A stretch of DNA of 64,000 nucleotides from an uncultured Candidatus Rokubacteria bacterium (GTDB taxonomy: Bacteria > Methylomirabilota > Methylomirabilia > Rokubacteriales > DASRDR01), in assembly GCA_963708025.1 (NCBI GenBank), contig CAVPSB010000002.1:96001-160000 (forward strand). Direction: 5' to 3'. The notes beneath the pieces were generated by a model. The model did not search any database, had not been told where the DNA came from, and saw nothing but the letters and a program-made list of their open reading frames with translations. Of this stretch, positions 1 to 9,800 are shown piece after piece. Positions within the stretch are counted from its first letter, which is position 1; every line of letters begins with the position of its first letter. The position numbers and the translations under genes were made by a program.

Positions 1-826
1 AGGGGTCACCGTCCTTGCGCCCGGGCCGGTGGACGGTGCCGCCGTCGTAGTGGTCGCGGAGGTGCCGCATGAGGTCCGCCACCGCCAGCCGGCCGGTGGC
101 GGTCAGGAAGCGACAGCTCGCCTCGTAGCGGGCTTCCGCCCGGTAGCGCGGCTCGGGGTTCTCGAACGCCGCCCGGAAGTCGAAGCGCCGGCCGGGCGCC
201 GGCTGCCACCAGCCGCGCTGGGCGGCGTAGGCCTCGATCCCGCCGGAGGCCTCGTCCCAGTCGTCGCCGATGGTGGCCAGGTTCGAGATCGCCGCGCGGC
301 CCCGCACCCGCCGGGCCACCCAGTGGCGCGCGGACGTCTCGAGCACCCACGCTTCCTCGGGATCCGCGATGATCAAGCTGTTGTGGTAGCGCCGGGTACC
401 CCCGTAGGCGGCGCTCCCGCCCTGCCCGAAGCGCTCGAGGTGCTCCGTGATCACCCGCTTCGCCTCGGCGGCCGTGCCCCCCCGCTCGAGGCCGAGACGG
501 ACGAGGTCCATGCCGAGGAGTCCCGTCTCGGCCGGCTCCTCGCGCGTGTGGAGCGCCTCGTTGCCGATGGCCACGCGGCGCTCGTTCACCCCGTGCTCGA
601 AGCCCCAGAGCCACCAGGGGCGGCTCCCCAGCACGGCCAGCGTCGCCGGCGCCTGGGGAACTTCCAGATACTGGCAGCGCACCGTGCTGCCGGACGGATG
701 GGACGCCGCCGGGCCCCGGTAGAGCGGCTGGCACTCGGTCGCCGGGCGGTCGCTGTTCTTGGCGAAGAGGGTGTGGCCGTCGCGGGTGTGCGCGGCCTGG
801 ACGACGAGGGTGTCGCAGCTGGTCAT
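1..826 (-). CDS. C69 family dipeptidase / secernin-like Ntn hydrolase (3' end runs off window)
   Basis: Not in the ORF track. Manual translation from ATG at 826 gives MTSCDTLVVQAAHTRDGHTLFAKNSDRPATECQPL, matching the N-terminal Cys-nucleophile 'CDT...FAKNSDR' signature, and later 'WLWGFEHGVNERRVAIGNEA'. Confidence 0.85.
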   Translation of the reverse strand, partial: MTSCDTLVVQAAHTRDGHTLFAKNSDRPATECQPLYRGPAASHPSGSTVRCQYLEVPQAPATLAVLGSRPWWLWGFEHGVNERRVAIGNEALHTREEPAETGLLGMDLVRLGLERGGTAAEAKRVITEHLERFGQGGSAAYGGTRRYHNSLIIADPEEAWVLETSARHWVARRVRGRAAISNLATIGDDWDEASGGIEAYAAQRGWWQPAPGRRFDFRAAFENPEPRYRAEARYEASCRFLTATGRLAVADLMRHLRDHYDGGTVHRPGRKDGDP

Positions 827-899
827 GGTCGCCTCACGGTGGTCGGCGGGGTCGCCCGAGCGCCGCCGCCGCGACCATAGCCGGGCGGCGGCGCGGCTG

Positions 900-1223
900 T
901 CAAGAGGCGCGGCGATCGTGACGGAGGAGGCGGGTCAGGCGCCCGATCAGGCGCCGGAAGGGCGTCTCGAGCAGGCCGGCCCGGCGCGCGACCCGCGGGT
1001 CGACGCGGATGCGCAGCGAGTGCAGCACGTAGGGCGAGCGCAGGACGTCGATGATCCGCTCCTGGGGGAGGCCCACCCGGCGGAGCAGCCGCTCGAGCGC
1101 CGCCGGATCCCGCACGCGGAGCGACTCGGCGGGACCGCCGTCCGCGGGGTGCGCGGGAACGAAGCGCACGTCGAAGGCGTCCGGCTCCTGCCATCGGATG
1201 ACGAGGTTCCCTTCGATCTGCAC
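900..1223 (-). CDS. hypothetical protein
   Basis: GTG at 1223 lies 6 nt after a TATCCT -10-like box, so possibly leaderless. Typical coding composition (MQIEGNLVIRWQEPDAFDVRF...). Confidence 0.55.
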   Translation of the reverse strand: MQIEGNLVIRWQEPDAFDVRFVPAHPADGGPAESLRVRDPAALERLLRRVGLPQERIIDVLRSPYVLHSLRIRVDPRVARRAGLLETPFRRLIGRLTRLLRHDRRAS

Positions 1224-1331
1224 CTTCTGAGGATAGCACCCCCGGTTTCGCGCCCCACCGGAACGCGAGCGCCATACAATGAGACTCATGTGGGATTCTC
1301 AGACGGGCGCTTCACCGGAGATCTGAGGCGA

Positions 1332-2000
1332 ATGGCGAGCCGGCCGAAGCCACCGGGGAGCGCGATGCCACCGGTGCCGGACCGACCGACGCTCGAGAAT
1401 GCCCGCGAGGCCGCCCGGGCGTGCCGGGCCTGTGAGCTGTGGCGGACCGGGACGCAGACGGTCTTCGGCGAAGGGGCGCCTGACGCGGAGGTGATGCTGG
1501 TCGGGGAGCAGCCGGGCGACCAGGAAGACCTGACGGGCCGGCCGTTCGTGGGCCCCGCCGGAAAGCTCCTCGACCGGGCGCTCGCGGAGGCGGGGATCGA
1601 CCGCCGGCGCGTCTACGTCACGAACGTCGTCAAGCACTTCAAGTGGGAGCCGCGCGGCAAGCGGCGGATCCACGCCAAGCCGAGCGCGGCCGAGATCGCC
1701 GCCTGCCGACCGTGGCTCGAGACCGAGATCGCCCTCGTCAGGCCGCGGATCATCGTGTGCCTCGGCGCCACCGCCGCCCAGGCGCTCCTGGGAAAGGCCT
1801 TCAAGGTGACACGGCAGCGGGGCGAGTTCCTCGCCTCGCCGCTGGCCACGCTGGTGGTGGCGACGGTCCATCCCTCGGCAGTCCTCCGGGCGCCGGACGA
1901 GAAGACCCGTCGCGCGGAGACGCGGCGCTTCGTGGCGGACCTCGCGAAGGTCGCGGCGCGGCTCGCTGGCCGGTCGGGGGCGGCCCGCGCTAGGTCGTGA
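1332..2000 (+). CDS. udgX: UdgX-type family 4 uracil-DNA glycosylase / uracil-DNA binding protein
   Basis: CRACELW Fe-S cysteines, GEQPG motif A, KRRIH R-loop and HPSAVL motif B. Confidence 0.9.
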   Translation: MASRPKPPGSAMPPVPDRPTLENAREAARACRACELWRTGTQTVFGEGAPDAEVMLVGEQPGDQEDLTGRPFVGPAGKLLDRALAEAGIDRRRVYVTNVVKHFKWEPRGKRRIHAKPSAAEIAACRPWLETEIALVRPRIIVCLGATAAQALLGKAFKVTRQRGEFLASPLATLVVATVHPSAVLRAPDEKTRRAETRRFVADLAKVAARLAGRSGAARARS

Positions 2001-3657
2001 TCTGGCTGTAGATCCCGGCGGGGACGAGGCGGAAGACGCGGACCGGTTGCGCCACGTTCTTGAGCTGGTGCTCGCCGGTGTCCTCCAGCACGTAGTGGCC
2101 CTTGATCCGCTCGGCCGTCTCGGGGCCGATCTTGACCTCGCCTCCCTTGGTGAGGCCGGCGACGCGGGCGGCCAGGTTGGTGGTGGGGCCGGTCGCCGTG
2201 AAGGTCCAGCGGCCGCCGCCGGCGGCGTCGAGCTTCGTCGCCCCGACCAGGGCCGGCCCGCTGTTGATCCCCACGTGGATGGCGACCGTGGGGTAGATGC
2301 CGGTGAACGCCTGGTTGAGCTCGGTCACCTTGGCCAGGAGCTGGAAGGCCGCCCCGGCGGCGTTCAGGGCGTGGCGCGACCGGCTCCCCTCGCTCTGGAA
2401 GATCACCATCAGCCCGTCGCCGGCGGTCTCGTTGACGTCGCCGTGGTTGGCCCGGATGATCTCGAGGAAGGCCGAGAAGTAGTCCTGGATCATCTTGTTG
2501 AGCCGCTGGGTCGGGAGCTGCTCGGACAGCCGCGTGTAGCCTTCCACGTCCAGGAACACTACCGAGACGTCGGCCTCGCGCTTCTCCAGCTCCCGGGCGT
2601 CGGGGTGCTGCTCCAGCATGCGCTTCACCGACTCCGGCACGAACTTGGACAGCTCGCCCTTCACCTGCTCGAGGAGCGCGACCTTCTGCATCGAGTCTTT
2701 CAGGCTCTGGAGTGTCGCCGCCAGCTCCGTGTTCCGCGCTTCCAGGTCGGTGCGGGCCGTCTGGAGCCGCTCGGCCATGTCGTTGACGACCCGGCCGAGC
2801 TGGCCGATCTCGTCCTGGCCCGGCCGGGCGACCCGGGCGTCGAAGTCCCCGGCCCCGATCCGGCGGGCGGCGCCGGCAACGCGGCCGATCGGCTGGAGGA
2901 TGAGCCGGCCGGTGGAGACCACGAGGGCGGCGGCCACGCCTAGGATGGAGAGCGCGGCGATCAGGATCTGGCGCCAGCGGGCGGCGCGCAGCTCGGCGTC
3001 CAGCTTGTCGAGCCCCAGGCTGATGCGGACCACGCCCCGGACCTGGTGGTCCGTGCCGTGGCACTCCTGGCACTTAGGCTGGTTCCGGAGCGGGCGGAAG
3101 AGGGTCAGGGCCCGGAGCCCGTCCACCAGCTCGTCGGCCTCCTGGGGCTCGACCGTCTCGACCGCGCGGGTGAACAGCGGATGAATGATCCGCTCGCCCG
3201 GGTCCCGCTTCATCTTGGCGATCCGCTCGATGAGGGTCGTCTCCAGGCCGGCGTTCCGGTTCACCTCGTTCACGGTCTCGAGGTCGGTGAAGGCCTCCAC
3301 GCCGTTCCGGCGGTAGACATCGAGGCGTCGGACGTCCTTGATCTCCGCCTTGAGCTGCCCCACGAGCTGGCGGGTGATGTCCGGCCGGCCCTCGAGCATG
3401 CCGTTCTCGATCGCGGCGAAGATCGAGTCGCCGAGCAGACGCACGGCTTCCCGGTGCCGGGCGATCAGCGACTGGGCCTCGCGGCGGATGTTGAGGAGCA
3501 CCAGGATGCCGAAGCCCAGGATCAGGATGGCAACGATCAGCGAGATGACCTTGAAGCGGAGCTGCTGGCGGAACGGGGTGACGGAGCCGCCCGCGCCGCT
3601 CGACTGGGCGGGGGTCGCGCCCTCGCCCCCCGGGGGGTCGGCGTCAGGGCTCGTCAC
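1990..3657 (-). CDS. membrane class III adenylate/guanylate cyclase with periplasmic c-type heme (CxxCH) sensor and HAMP domain
   Basis: Two TM segments, CQECH motif, HAMP 'DEIGQLGRVVNDM', and cyclase motifs FLDVEGYT, AGDGLM, HVGINSG, NLAARV. Confidence 0.85.
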   Translation of the reverse strand: MTSPDADPPGGEGATPAQSSGAGGSVTPFRQQLRFKVISLIVAILILGFGILVLLNIRREAQSLIARHREAVRLLGDSIFAAIENGMLEGRPDITRQLVGQLKAEIKDVRRLDVYRRNGVEAFTDLETVNEVNRNAGLETTLIERIAKMKRDPGERIIHPLFTRAVETVEPQEADELVDGLRALTLFRPLRNQPKCQECHGTDHQVRGVVRISLGLDKLDAELRAARWRQILIAALSILGVAAALVVSTGRLILQPIGRVAGAARRIGAGDFDARVARPGQDEIGQLGRVVNDMAERLQTARTDLEARNTELAATLQSLKDSMQKVALLEQVKGELSKFVPESVKRMLEQHPDARELEKREADVSVVFLDVEGYTRLSEQLPTQRLNKMIQDYFSAFLEIIRANHGDVNETAGDGLMVIFQSEGSRSRHALNAAGAAFQLLAKVTELNQAFTGIYPTVAIHVGINSGPALVGATKLDAAGGGRWTFTATGPTTNLAARVAGLTKGGEVKIGPETAERIKGHYVLEDTGEHQLKNVAQPVRVFRLVPAGIYSQITT

Positions 3658-3821
3658 GCCGGGCAGGATGGCATCCGATCCCCGGGGCTGTCAATGTCCG
3701 CCCGGCCGGATGCCCGCTCATCGTCCCAGGTGCCCTGGTTGACGTTACGGCCACACCACGGGCACTTCACCGTATCGGACGGGACGGGACTCCGACAGCC
3801 GGGGCAGAGCACGGGGATCAC
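3654..3821 (-). CDS. small zinc-ribbon protein (55 aa), below ORF-track cutoff
   Basis: MIPVLCPGCRSPVPSDTVKCPWCGRNV... has a CxxC-x10-CxxC pattern. TAGAAT lies 6 nt upstream of the GTG, and the stop overlaps the cyclase GTG (GTGA). Confidence 0.5.
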   Translation of the reverse strand: MIPVLCPGCRSPVPSDTVKCPWCGRNVNQGTWDDERASGRADIDSPGDRMPSCPA

Positions 3822-3881
3822 GACCCGATTCTACCGTCGCCGCGCGCGATTGACCACCGGGCGCCGGCCCGCTCACCGCCA

Positions 3882-3963
3882 TCCTCCGACCCCCCTCCCC
3901 CAGTGGGTGGGAGGGGGCCAAAGGCCGAAGGCCGTCAACGGATAGGGTGGGAGGGAGGTCCCG
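3882..3963 (-). repeat. short (~85 bp) REP/MITE-like element, copy A
   Basis: Contains GGCCGAAGGCCGTC core, C/G tracts and GGGAGGTCCC terminus shared with copies at 6499, 24936, 35171 and 56731. Confidence 0.75.
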
Positions 3964-3992
3964 AACAACCTATAATGCCGTCCCGTCGCGCC

Positions 3993-4847
3993 ATGCTGGT
4001 CGACTGTCACGCCCACCTCCTGCCGCCTGACCGGATGGCCAAGCTGATCCGGTGGACCCGGCGCTTCAGCCCGTCGCACCCGGTCCCCGACACGGTGACC
4101 CTGGACGCGCTGCTGGCCGAGTACCGGGCGGCCGGCGTGGACCGCGTCTGGAACTTCGCCCACGCCATCTTTCCCGAGGAGACCGAGCCGTTGAACGCGT
4201 GGAACTGGCGGCTCGGGCAGGCCCACCCCGAGGTCGTGCCGTTCGGGACCTGTCATCCCGAGACGCCGGCGCCGCTGGAGGCGATCGATCGCTGCTTCGA
4301 CGGATACGGCTTCGTGGGGATGAAGTTCCACCCGTTCGTCCAGCGCTTCACGCCGTGGGAGCCGCGGTTCTTCCCGCTCTGGGAGCGGATCGCCGGCCAC
4401 GGCGGGCTCGTCGTCTTCCACACGGGCTTCGAGGAGTTCTACGGTGGCGCGCTGCCGATCGGCGGCTTCGAGGCGATCCTCCGCGCGCTGCCGGAGCTGC
4501 GGGTCGTCTTCGCCCACGCCAACTACCCCTGGGTCGGCGCCGCCTTCGACCTCCTGGCCCGGCACCCGAACCTCTACCTCGACACCGTCCACGTCTTCGC
4601 GCGCGTCACCCAGGAGTGGGACCGCCGGGTGGACCAGCCCGCCGCCTGGGAGGGGCTCCGTGCGGGCCTGGCCCGGTTCCCGGACCGGGTGATGTTCGGC
4701 ACCGATCACCCCTCGGGGACCGGCACGCTGGCCGAGATGTACCACGAGGTCCGCGCCTTCGGCCTCCCCGAGGCGCTCGAGCGGCGGCTCCTCGGCGAGA
4801 CGGCCCTCGGGCTCGCCCGACCGGCACTGCCGCCGGCTTCTCACTAG
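3993..4847 (+). CDS. amidohydrolase_2 family metal-dependent hydrolase
   Basis: DCHAH metal motif, MKFHP, FHTG, FAHA and MFGTDHP motifs. Confidence 0.85.
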   Translation: MLVDCHAHLLPPDRMAKLIRWTRRFSPSHPVPDTVTLDALLAEYRAAGVDRVWNFAHAIFPEETEPLNAWNWRLGQAHPEVVPFGTCHPETPAPLEAIDRCFDGYGFVGMKFHPFVQRFTPWEPRFFPLWERIAGHGGLVVFHTGFEEFYGGALPIGGFEAILRALPELRVVFAHANYPWVGAAFDLLARHPNLYLDTVHVFARVTQEWDRRVDQPAAWEGLRAGLARFPDRVMFGTDHPSGTGTLAEMYHEVRAFGLPEALERRLLGETALGLARPALPPASH

Positions 4848-4906
4848 CCGGTGGGGCGGTGCCGGGGTACAATACCTTCACCAATCGCTTGCCAAGGAGG
4901 CGACCC

Positions 4907-5200
4907 ATGGCCGAGGAGACCGGAACGAGCGTCCGCGACAAGGTGCAGGAACTGCTCGACACCTCCATCAATCCGGCGGTGGCGGGGCACGGCGGCTACA
5001 TCGAGCTGCTGGACGTCAAGGACAGCACCGTCTACCTCCGGATGGGCGGCGGCTGCCAGGGCTGCGGCGCCGCCGACGTCACGCTCAAGTCCGGGATCGA
5101 GCGGATGATCTTCGAGGAGGTTCCCGAGATCACCGAGGTCCTCGACGTGACCGATCACGCGTCGGGGTCCAATCCCTACTACGCGCCCTCCAAGGGCTAG
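4907..5200 (+). CDS. NifU/NfuA C-terminal domain Fe-S carrier protein
   Basis: INPAVAGHGG...GGGCQGC...DVTDHASGSNPYY, with an AAGGAGG RBS. Confidence 0.9.
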   Translation: MAEETGTSVRDKVQELLDTSINPAVAGHGGYIELLDVKDSTVYLRMGGGCQGCGAADVTLKSGIERMIFEEVPEITEVLDVTDHASGSNPYYAPSKG

Positions 5201-5261
5201 GCACCGCCGGCGCTGCTCCGCTGTCTGAGGCCCCGACCCGGCTGACGGGCCGGGGGTCGTC

Positions 5262-6539
5262 ATGTCGCGCCTGCTCCTGCTGATCCCGACCACGACCTAT
5301 CGCACCGAGGACTTCGTCGCCGCCGCCGAGAAGCTCGGCGTCGATCTCGTCGTCGCCTCGGAGCGTCCGAGCACCTTCGAGGCCGAGTTCCCCGACGGGC
5401 TGATGACCCTCGACTTCGCGGACCCCGGCAAGGCGGCGCGGAAGGTCGAGGAGTTCGCCCGCCGGCACCCGATCGACGCCGTGGTGCCCGTGGACGACCT
5501 CACCACGGTGGTCGCCGCCGCCATCGCGGGCGCCCTCGGGCTCCCCGCTTCCAACCCGGTCGGCGCCGTCGCCAGCGCGCGGAACAAGCTCGCGATGCGC
5601 GAGGCTCTGCGCCAGGCCGGCGTCCCGTGCCCCGCCTACCACCTCTTCACCGTCGGGGACGACCCGATGGCTGCCGCCCGGCGGGTCGGCTACCCGTGCG
5701 TGCTGAAGCCGACGATTCTCGCCGCGAGCCGCGGGGTCATCCGGGCCGATTCCGAGGCGGAGTTCGTCGCCGCCTTCCGGCGCATCGAGGCGATCCTGAG
5801 GACCCCCGAGGTGGCGGCGCACGGGGAGGGCGCGGAGCAGATCCTGGTCGAGGCCTTCGTTCCCGGCCGGGAGGTCGCCCTCGAGGGCCTGCTGGTGGGC
5901 GGGACCCTCGAGGTGCTGGCCCTCTTCGACAAGCCGGATCCCCTCGACGGCCCGTTCTTCGAGGAGACGATCTACGTCACCCCGTCGCGGCTGCCGGCCG
6001 AGGCCCAGGCGGCGATCGCCGGGGCCACCGCGGCCGCCGCCGGCGCGCTCGGGCTCCTGGAGGGGCCGGTGCACGCCGAGCTGCGGCTCGACGGCTCCCG
6101 GGCCTGGATCATCGAGATCGCCGCGCGCTCGATCGGCGGCCTCTGCTCGCGGACCCTGCGCTTCGGGACCGGCATGTCGCTCGAGGAGCTGATCCTGCGC
6201 CATGCCCTCGGCCTGCCGTTCACCACGGCGCGCGAGCGGCAGCCGGCCGGGGTGATGATGATCCCGATCCCGCGCAGGGGCGTGCTGGAGGCGGTCCGTG
6301 GCCAGGAAGCGGCCGCCGCCGTGCCCGGGATCGAGGCGGTCACGATCACGGCGCATCCCGGGCAGGAGCTGGTCCCGCTTCCCGAGGGCGCGCAGTATCC
6401 CGGCTTCATCTTCGCCCGCGCCGACACGCCGGACGCGGTGGAAGCGGCCCTCCGCGAGGCCCATCGCCGCCTGGAGCTGGTGACCTGTCGGGACCTCCGG
6501 GACCTCCCGCCCCCCCCAGCCCCCCTCCCCCACCGATAG
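5262..6539 (+). CDS. ATP-grasp domain protein
   Basis: RNKLAMR, YPCVLKP, ASRGV, EAFVPGREVALE and IEIAARSIGG motifs. The last ~13 residues are encoded by a repeat copy. Confidence 0.85.
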   Translation: MSRLLLLIPTTTYRTEDFVAAAEKLGVDLVVASERPSTFEAEFPDGLMTLDFADPGKAARKVEEFARRHPIDAVVPVDDLTTVVAAAIAGALGLPASNPVGAVASARNKLAMREALRQAGVPCPAYHLFTVGDDPMAAARRVGYPCVLKPTILAASRGVIRADSEAEFVAAFRRIEAILRTPEVAAHGEGAEQILVEAFVPGREVALEGLLVGGTLEVLALFDKPDPLDGPFFEETIYVTPSRLPAEAQAAIAGATAAAAGALGLLEGPVHAELRLDGSRAWIIEIAARSIGGLCSRTLRFGTGMSLEELILRHALGLPFTTARERQPAGVMMIPIPRRGVLEAVRGQEAAAAVPGIEAVTITAHPGQELVPLPEGAQYPGFIFARADTPDAVEAALREAHRRLELVTCRDLRDLPPPPAPLPHR

Positions 6540-6581
6540 ACGGCCTTCGGCCTGTGGCGCGGGGGAGGGGGGTGTCGGAAG
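6499..6581 (+). repeat. short REP/MITE-like element, copy B
   Basis: GGGACCTCCCGCC...CCCCCTCCCCC...GACGGCCTTCGGCCTGTGGC...GGGGGAGGGGGG..GTCGGA. Confidence 0.8.
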
Positions 6582-6599
6582 CGCGTATTCCTCACGGCT

Positions 6600-7661
6600 T
6601 TAGATGAGATCGCGGTCGACCAGCTCCTGCTTGGTGTACGCGTAGACGATCGGGGCGATGGCCACCCCGGCCAGCCCGAAGGCCACCTCGAATGCGAAGA
6701 GCGCGGCCAGGATCTCCCACGCCGCCGCCCGGATCTCGCCCCCCACGATCCGGGCGTTGACGATGTACTCGAGCTTGTGGATCACGACCAGGAAGACGAG
6801 CGAGGCGATCGCCACCCAGACCGAGACGCCGAGCGACATCACCACGATGACCGCGTTCGACAGGAGGTTGCCGGCGACCGGGAGGAGCCCGGTCACGAAC
6901 GTCACCGCGACCAGCGTGCCGGCCAGCGGCAGGTGGACGCCAAAGAGGGGAAGGGCCACGAGCAGGTAGATCGCCGTCAGGGCGGTGTTGACCGCCGAGA
7001 TCTTGACCTGGGCGAAGACGACGGCCTCGAAGGCGGCCTCGAGCCGCGCCAGGCGCTCCGCCAGCGCTCGGGCGAGGGGTCCTTGGGTGGCCGCCGGCGT
7101 GCGGAAGAAGACCAGGAGCCCGATGGCCATCCCGACCGCGACGTGGAGGAGGGCGCGGCCCAGCTCTCCTCCGGTCTTCCGGAGCGCCGCCGCGTGGGTC
7201 CGGAGCCACTCGGCGACCGTGCCCTTCAGCGACTCGGCGTCGCTGAGCGCCTCGGGAATGAGGGATGTGCCGGCCCGCTGCTCGAGCCAGAGGCGGGTCT
7301 CGTCGAGGATCTCGGCCATCTTCTGGAACAGCGCCGGGATGTCCCCGGCGTGGCCGCGGATCAGCCCGACGAGGAAGAGCACGACGCCGACCGCGATGCC
7401 GAGCGCCACCAGCGCGACCAGGCCGGCGGCGGCGAGCTTGGCCGAGCCGTGAGAGAGGCGCCGCCCGGTCAGCCGGCGGGCCAGCCGGTGCAGGAGCCCG
7501 TTGACGAGCAGCCCGGCCAGGAGCGCCGGTACCAGGTGGAAGACGAGGACGAAGAGCAGGCCAGCGGCCATCAGGACCCAGGCCGCGCGCTCCGGCACGG
7601 TCGTCGTCGGCCGGCGCGGGGCGTCCGCGAGGGGTGGAGCGGAGGGCCGGCCGCGGCTCAT
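6600..7661 (-). CDS. AI-2E family transporter
   Basis: Polytopic membrane protein with AQVKISAVN, GLLPVAGNLLSN and HKLEYIVNARIVG motifs. Confidence 0.8.
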   Translation of the reverse strand: MSRGRPSAPPLADAPRRPTTTVPERAAWVLMAAGLLFVLVFHLVPALLAGLLVNGLLHRLARRLTGRRLSHGSAKLAAAGLVALVALGIAVGVVLFLVGLIRGHAGDIPALFQKMAEILDETRLWLEQRAGTSLIPEALSDAESLKGTVAEWLRTHAAALRKTGGELGRALLHVAVGMAIGLLVFFRTPAATQGPLARALAERLARLEAAFEAVVFAQVKISAVNTALTAIYLLVALPLFGVHLPLAGTLVAVTFVTGLLPVAGNLLSNAVIVVMSLGVSVWVAIASLVFLVVIHKLEYIVNARIVGGEIRAAAWEILAALFAFEVAFGLAGVAIAPIVYAYTKQELVDRDLI

Positions 7662-7668
7662 GGGCTGA

Positions 7669-7971
7669 TCAGACCGGAATCAGCATCCACAACCCCGCCG
7701 ACAGCAACAGGAGGCCCAGTCCGGCCAGGGCGCTGCCGGCCGGGGTCTGGAAGCCGAGCACGATCCACGCGTAGCCGATCCCGGCCAGGCCGGCCAGCGT
7801 CAGCGTCGTGCCCACGCCGTTCCAGTAGCTCCAGACCCAGCGCGCGGCCCGGCGCCGCATCAGGAGCCAGGCCAGCCCGTGGGCCACGACGCCGACGAGG
7901 AGCACCAGGCCCAGGATCCACGCCAGGGTGCCGATGGTCGAGACGACGGCGTCGAGGGCGCGCTGGAGCAC
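7669..7971 (-). CDS. small membrane protein, hypothetical
   Basis: Three hydrophobic segments, co-oriented and tightly spaced between neighbours. Confidence 0.6.
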   Translation of the reverse strand: MLQRALDAVVSTIGTLAWILGLVLLVGVVAHGLAWLLMRRRAARWVWSYWNGVGTTLTLAGLAGIGYAWIVLGFQTPAGSALAGLGLLLLSAGLWMLIPV

Positions 7972-7986
7972 GTGGCCGAGACGGTA

Positions 7987-9576
7987 CTACAGCTCCCGCC
8001 GGAACACCACCTCGCCGCCGACCAAAGTCAGCACGGGCGCGATCGCCGGGATCCGGCGCTCCGCGCACTCGAAGACGTCGTCCGAGCAGACGATGAGGTC
8101 CGCGCGCTTGCCCGGCGCGAGCGACCCGAGCTCGGCTTCCTGGTGGGCGCCGTAGGCCGCCCACGTCGTGAAGGCCCGGACCGCCTCCGCCCGAGTCATC
8201 CGCTGGCCGGGTTGCCAGCCGTCGCCATCGGGCTCGTCGCCGAGCGGCCGCCGGGTGACCGCCGCGTAGATGCCGTGGAACGGGTTCGGGTCCTCCACCG
8301 GGAAGTCCGAGCCGCCGGCGATCACCACGCCGGTCTCGAGGAGCGAGCGCCAGGCGTACGCCCCGCGGAGCCGCTCCGGCCCCAGGCGCTCGTCGGCCCA
8401 CGGCATGTCGGAGGTGCAGTGGGTCGGCTGCATGCTCGGCAGGACGCCCAGCGCCCGGAAGCGCGGGATGTCCTCGTCGGTCAGGATCTGGGCATGTTCG
8501 ACCCGGAACCGGTGATCGGGACGCGGGGCGCGGTCCAGCGCCGCGGCGAAGGCGTCGAGGGTGAGCGTGTTGGCGCGGTCGCCGATGGCGTGGACGCAGA
8601 CCTGGAAGCCGCGGGCGGCGCCGTCCGCCACCTCGCGCGCGAGTTCGTCGGGTGGGAGCAGGAGCAGACCGTGGTTCTCCGGGTCGTCGCAGTAGGGCCC
8701 GTGAAGCGCGGCCCCGCGGGAGCCGAGGGCGCCATCCGCCACCAGCTTGAGGGCGCCGACCACGAGGCGCCCGTCGCCGATCGCCTCGGGTCCGCGCTCG
8801 CGGTACTCGGCCCACGTCTCGGCGGAGGCACCCCGCACCGCGACGTAGTTGCGGAAGGGGAACTGTCCGCGCTCGACCAGCCGGCGGTAGGCGGCGAGGG
8901 CGTAGCCGTCGGCGCCCATCTCGTGGACGCCCGTGAGGCCCTTGGCGAGGCACTCGCCGATGGCCTCGCCCACTGCCTCCTCGAAGCGGTCCGCGGAAGG
9001 CCGCGGCGCAACGGCCTGCACCAGCCGCTGGGCGGTGTCGACGAGGAGCCCGCTCGGCTCGCCGTCGGACCCCTTCGTGATGCGGCCCCCCGGCGGGTCG
9101 GGGGTGTGCCGCGTGATCCCGGCCGCGTGCAGGGCGGCCGAGTTCGCCCAGATGGCGTGGCCGTCCACGCGGGTCAGCGCCGCCGGGTGGCGGGGCGCGG
9201 CCCGGTCGAGCGAGGCCTTCGTGGGGAACTGCCGGCCCGGCCACCGGTTCTGATCCCAGCCGCGGCCGCCGATCCACTCGCCCGGAGCCAGGCGGGCCGT
9301 GTGCTCCCGCACCCGGCCGGCGGCCTCGTCCTCGGAGCGGGCGCCGGCGAGGTCGAGGACCAGCCGGAGCCGGGCCAGGTGCATCAGGTGACCGTGGCAG
9401 TCGACGAGGCCGGGCAGGACCGCCCGCCCGCCGAGGTCGATGACGCGCTCCGCGGCCGGCACGCTCACGTCGGCCCGGCGGCCCGCGAACGCGATCCGGC
9501 CGTCCCTCACGACCAGGGTGTCGACGACCGCGTCCGCGCGGTCCAGCGTGTAGATCCGCCCGTTGGTCAGCAGCAT
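7987..9576 (-). CDS. amidohydrolase 3 family (YtcJ-like)
   Basis: [41 protein letters not shown] and GSDFP motifs. Confidence 0.9.
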   Translation of the reverse strand: MLLTNGRIYTLDRADAVVDTLVVRDGRIAFAGRRADVSVPAAERVIDLGGRAVLPGLVDCHGHLMHLARLRLVLDLAGARSEDEAAGRVREHTARLAPGEWIGGRGWDQNRWPGRQFPTKASLDRAAPRHPAALTRVDGHAIWANSAALHAAGITRHTPDPPGGRITKGSDGEPSGLLVDTAQRLVQAVAPRPSADRFEEAVGEAIGECLAKGLTGVHEMGADGYALAAYRRLVERGQFPFRNYVAVRGASAETWAEYRERGPEAIGDGRLVVGALKLVADGALGSRGAALHGPYCDDPENHGLLLLPPDELAREVADGAARGFQVCVHAIGDRANTLTLDAFAAALDRAPRPDHRFRVEHAQILTDEDIPRFRALGVLPSMQPTHCTSDMPWADERLGPERLRGAYAWRSLLETGVVIAGGSDFPVEDPNPFHGIYAAVTRRPLGDEPDGDGWQPGQRMTRAEAVRAFTTWAAYGAHQEAELGSLAPGKRADLIVCSDDVFECAERRIPAIAPVLTLVGGEVVFRREL

Positions 9577-9624
9577 GCGCCCATCGTGGGCGGGGTCCGG
9601 TCCCCCGTCAAGCCCGCCCGGGGT

Positions 9625-9688
9625 CCCGAGAGGGAACTCACCCGAGAGGGGACTCGCCTTGACAGGGCGCGCGGTTCCCCCCTAGACT
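9625..9688 (+). promoter_or_regulatory. sigma70-type promoter (TTGACA...TAGACT) preceded by a tandem 15-bp direct repeat
   Basis: TTGACA at 9659-9664 and TAGACT at 9683-9688. CCCGAGAGGGAACTC and CCCGAGAGGGGACTC at 9625 and 9641. Confidence 0.5.
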
Positions 9689-9800
9689 CCGCCTGTTCCT
9701 CGCATCCAACCATTCCGGCTCTGGGCGAGGCAGCATGCCCCTGACACGTCGTGTCGTCGAATCGCTGGCCGGCCCGGCCGTCGCCGTCCTGGTCTGACCC

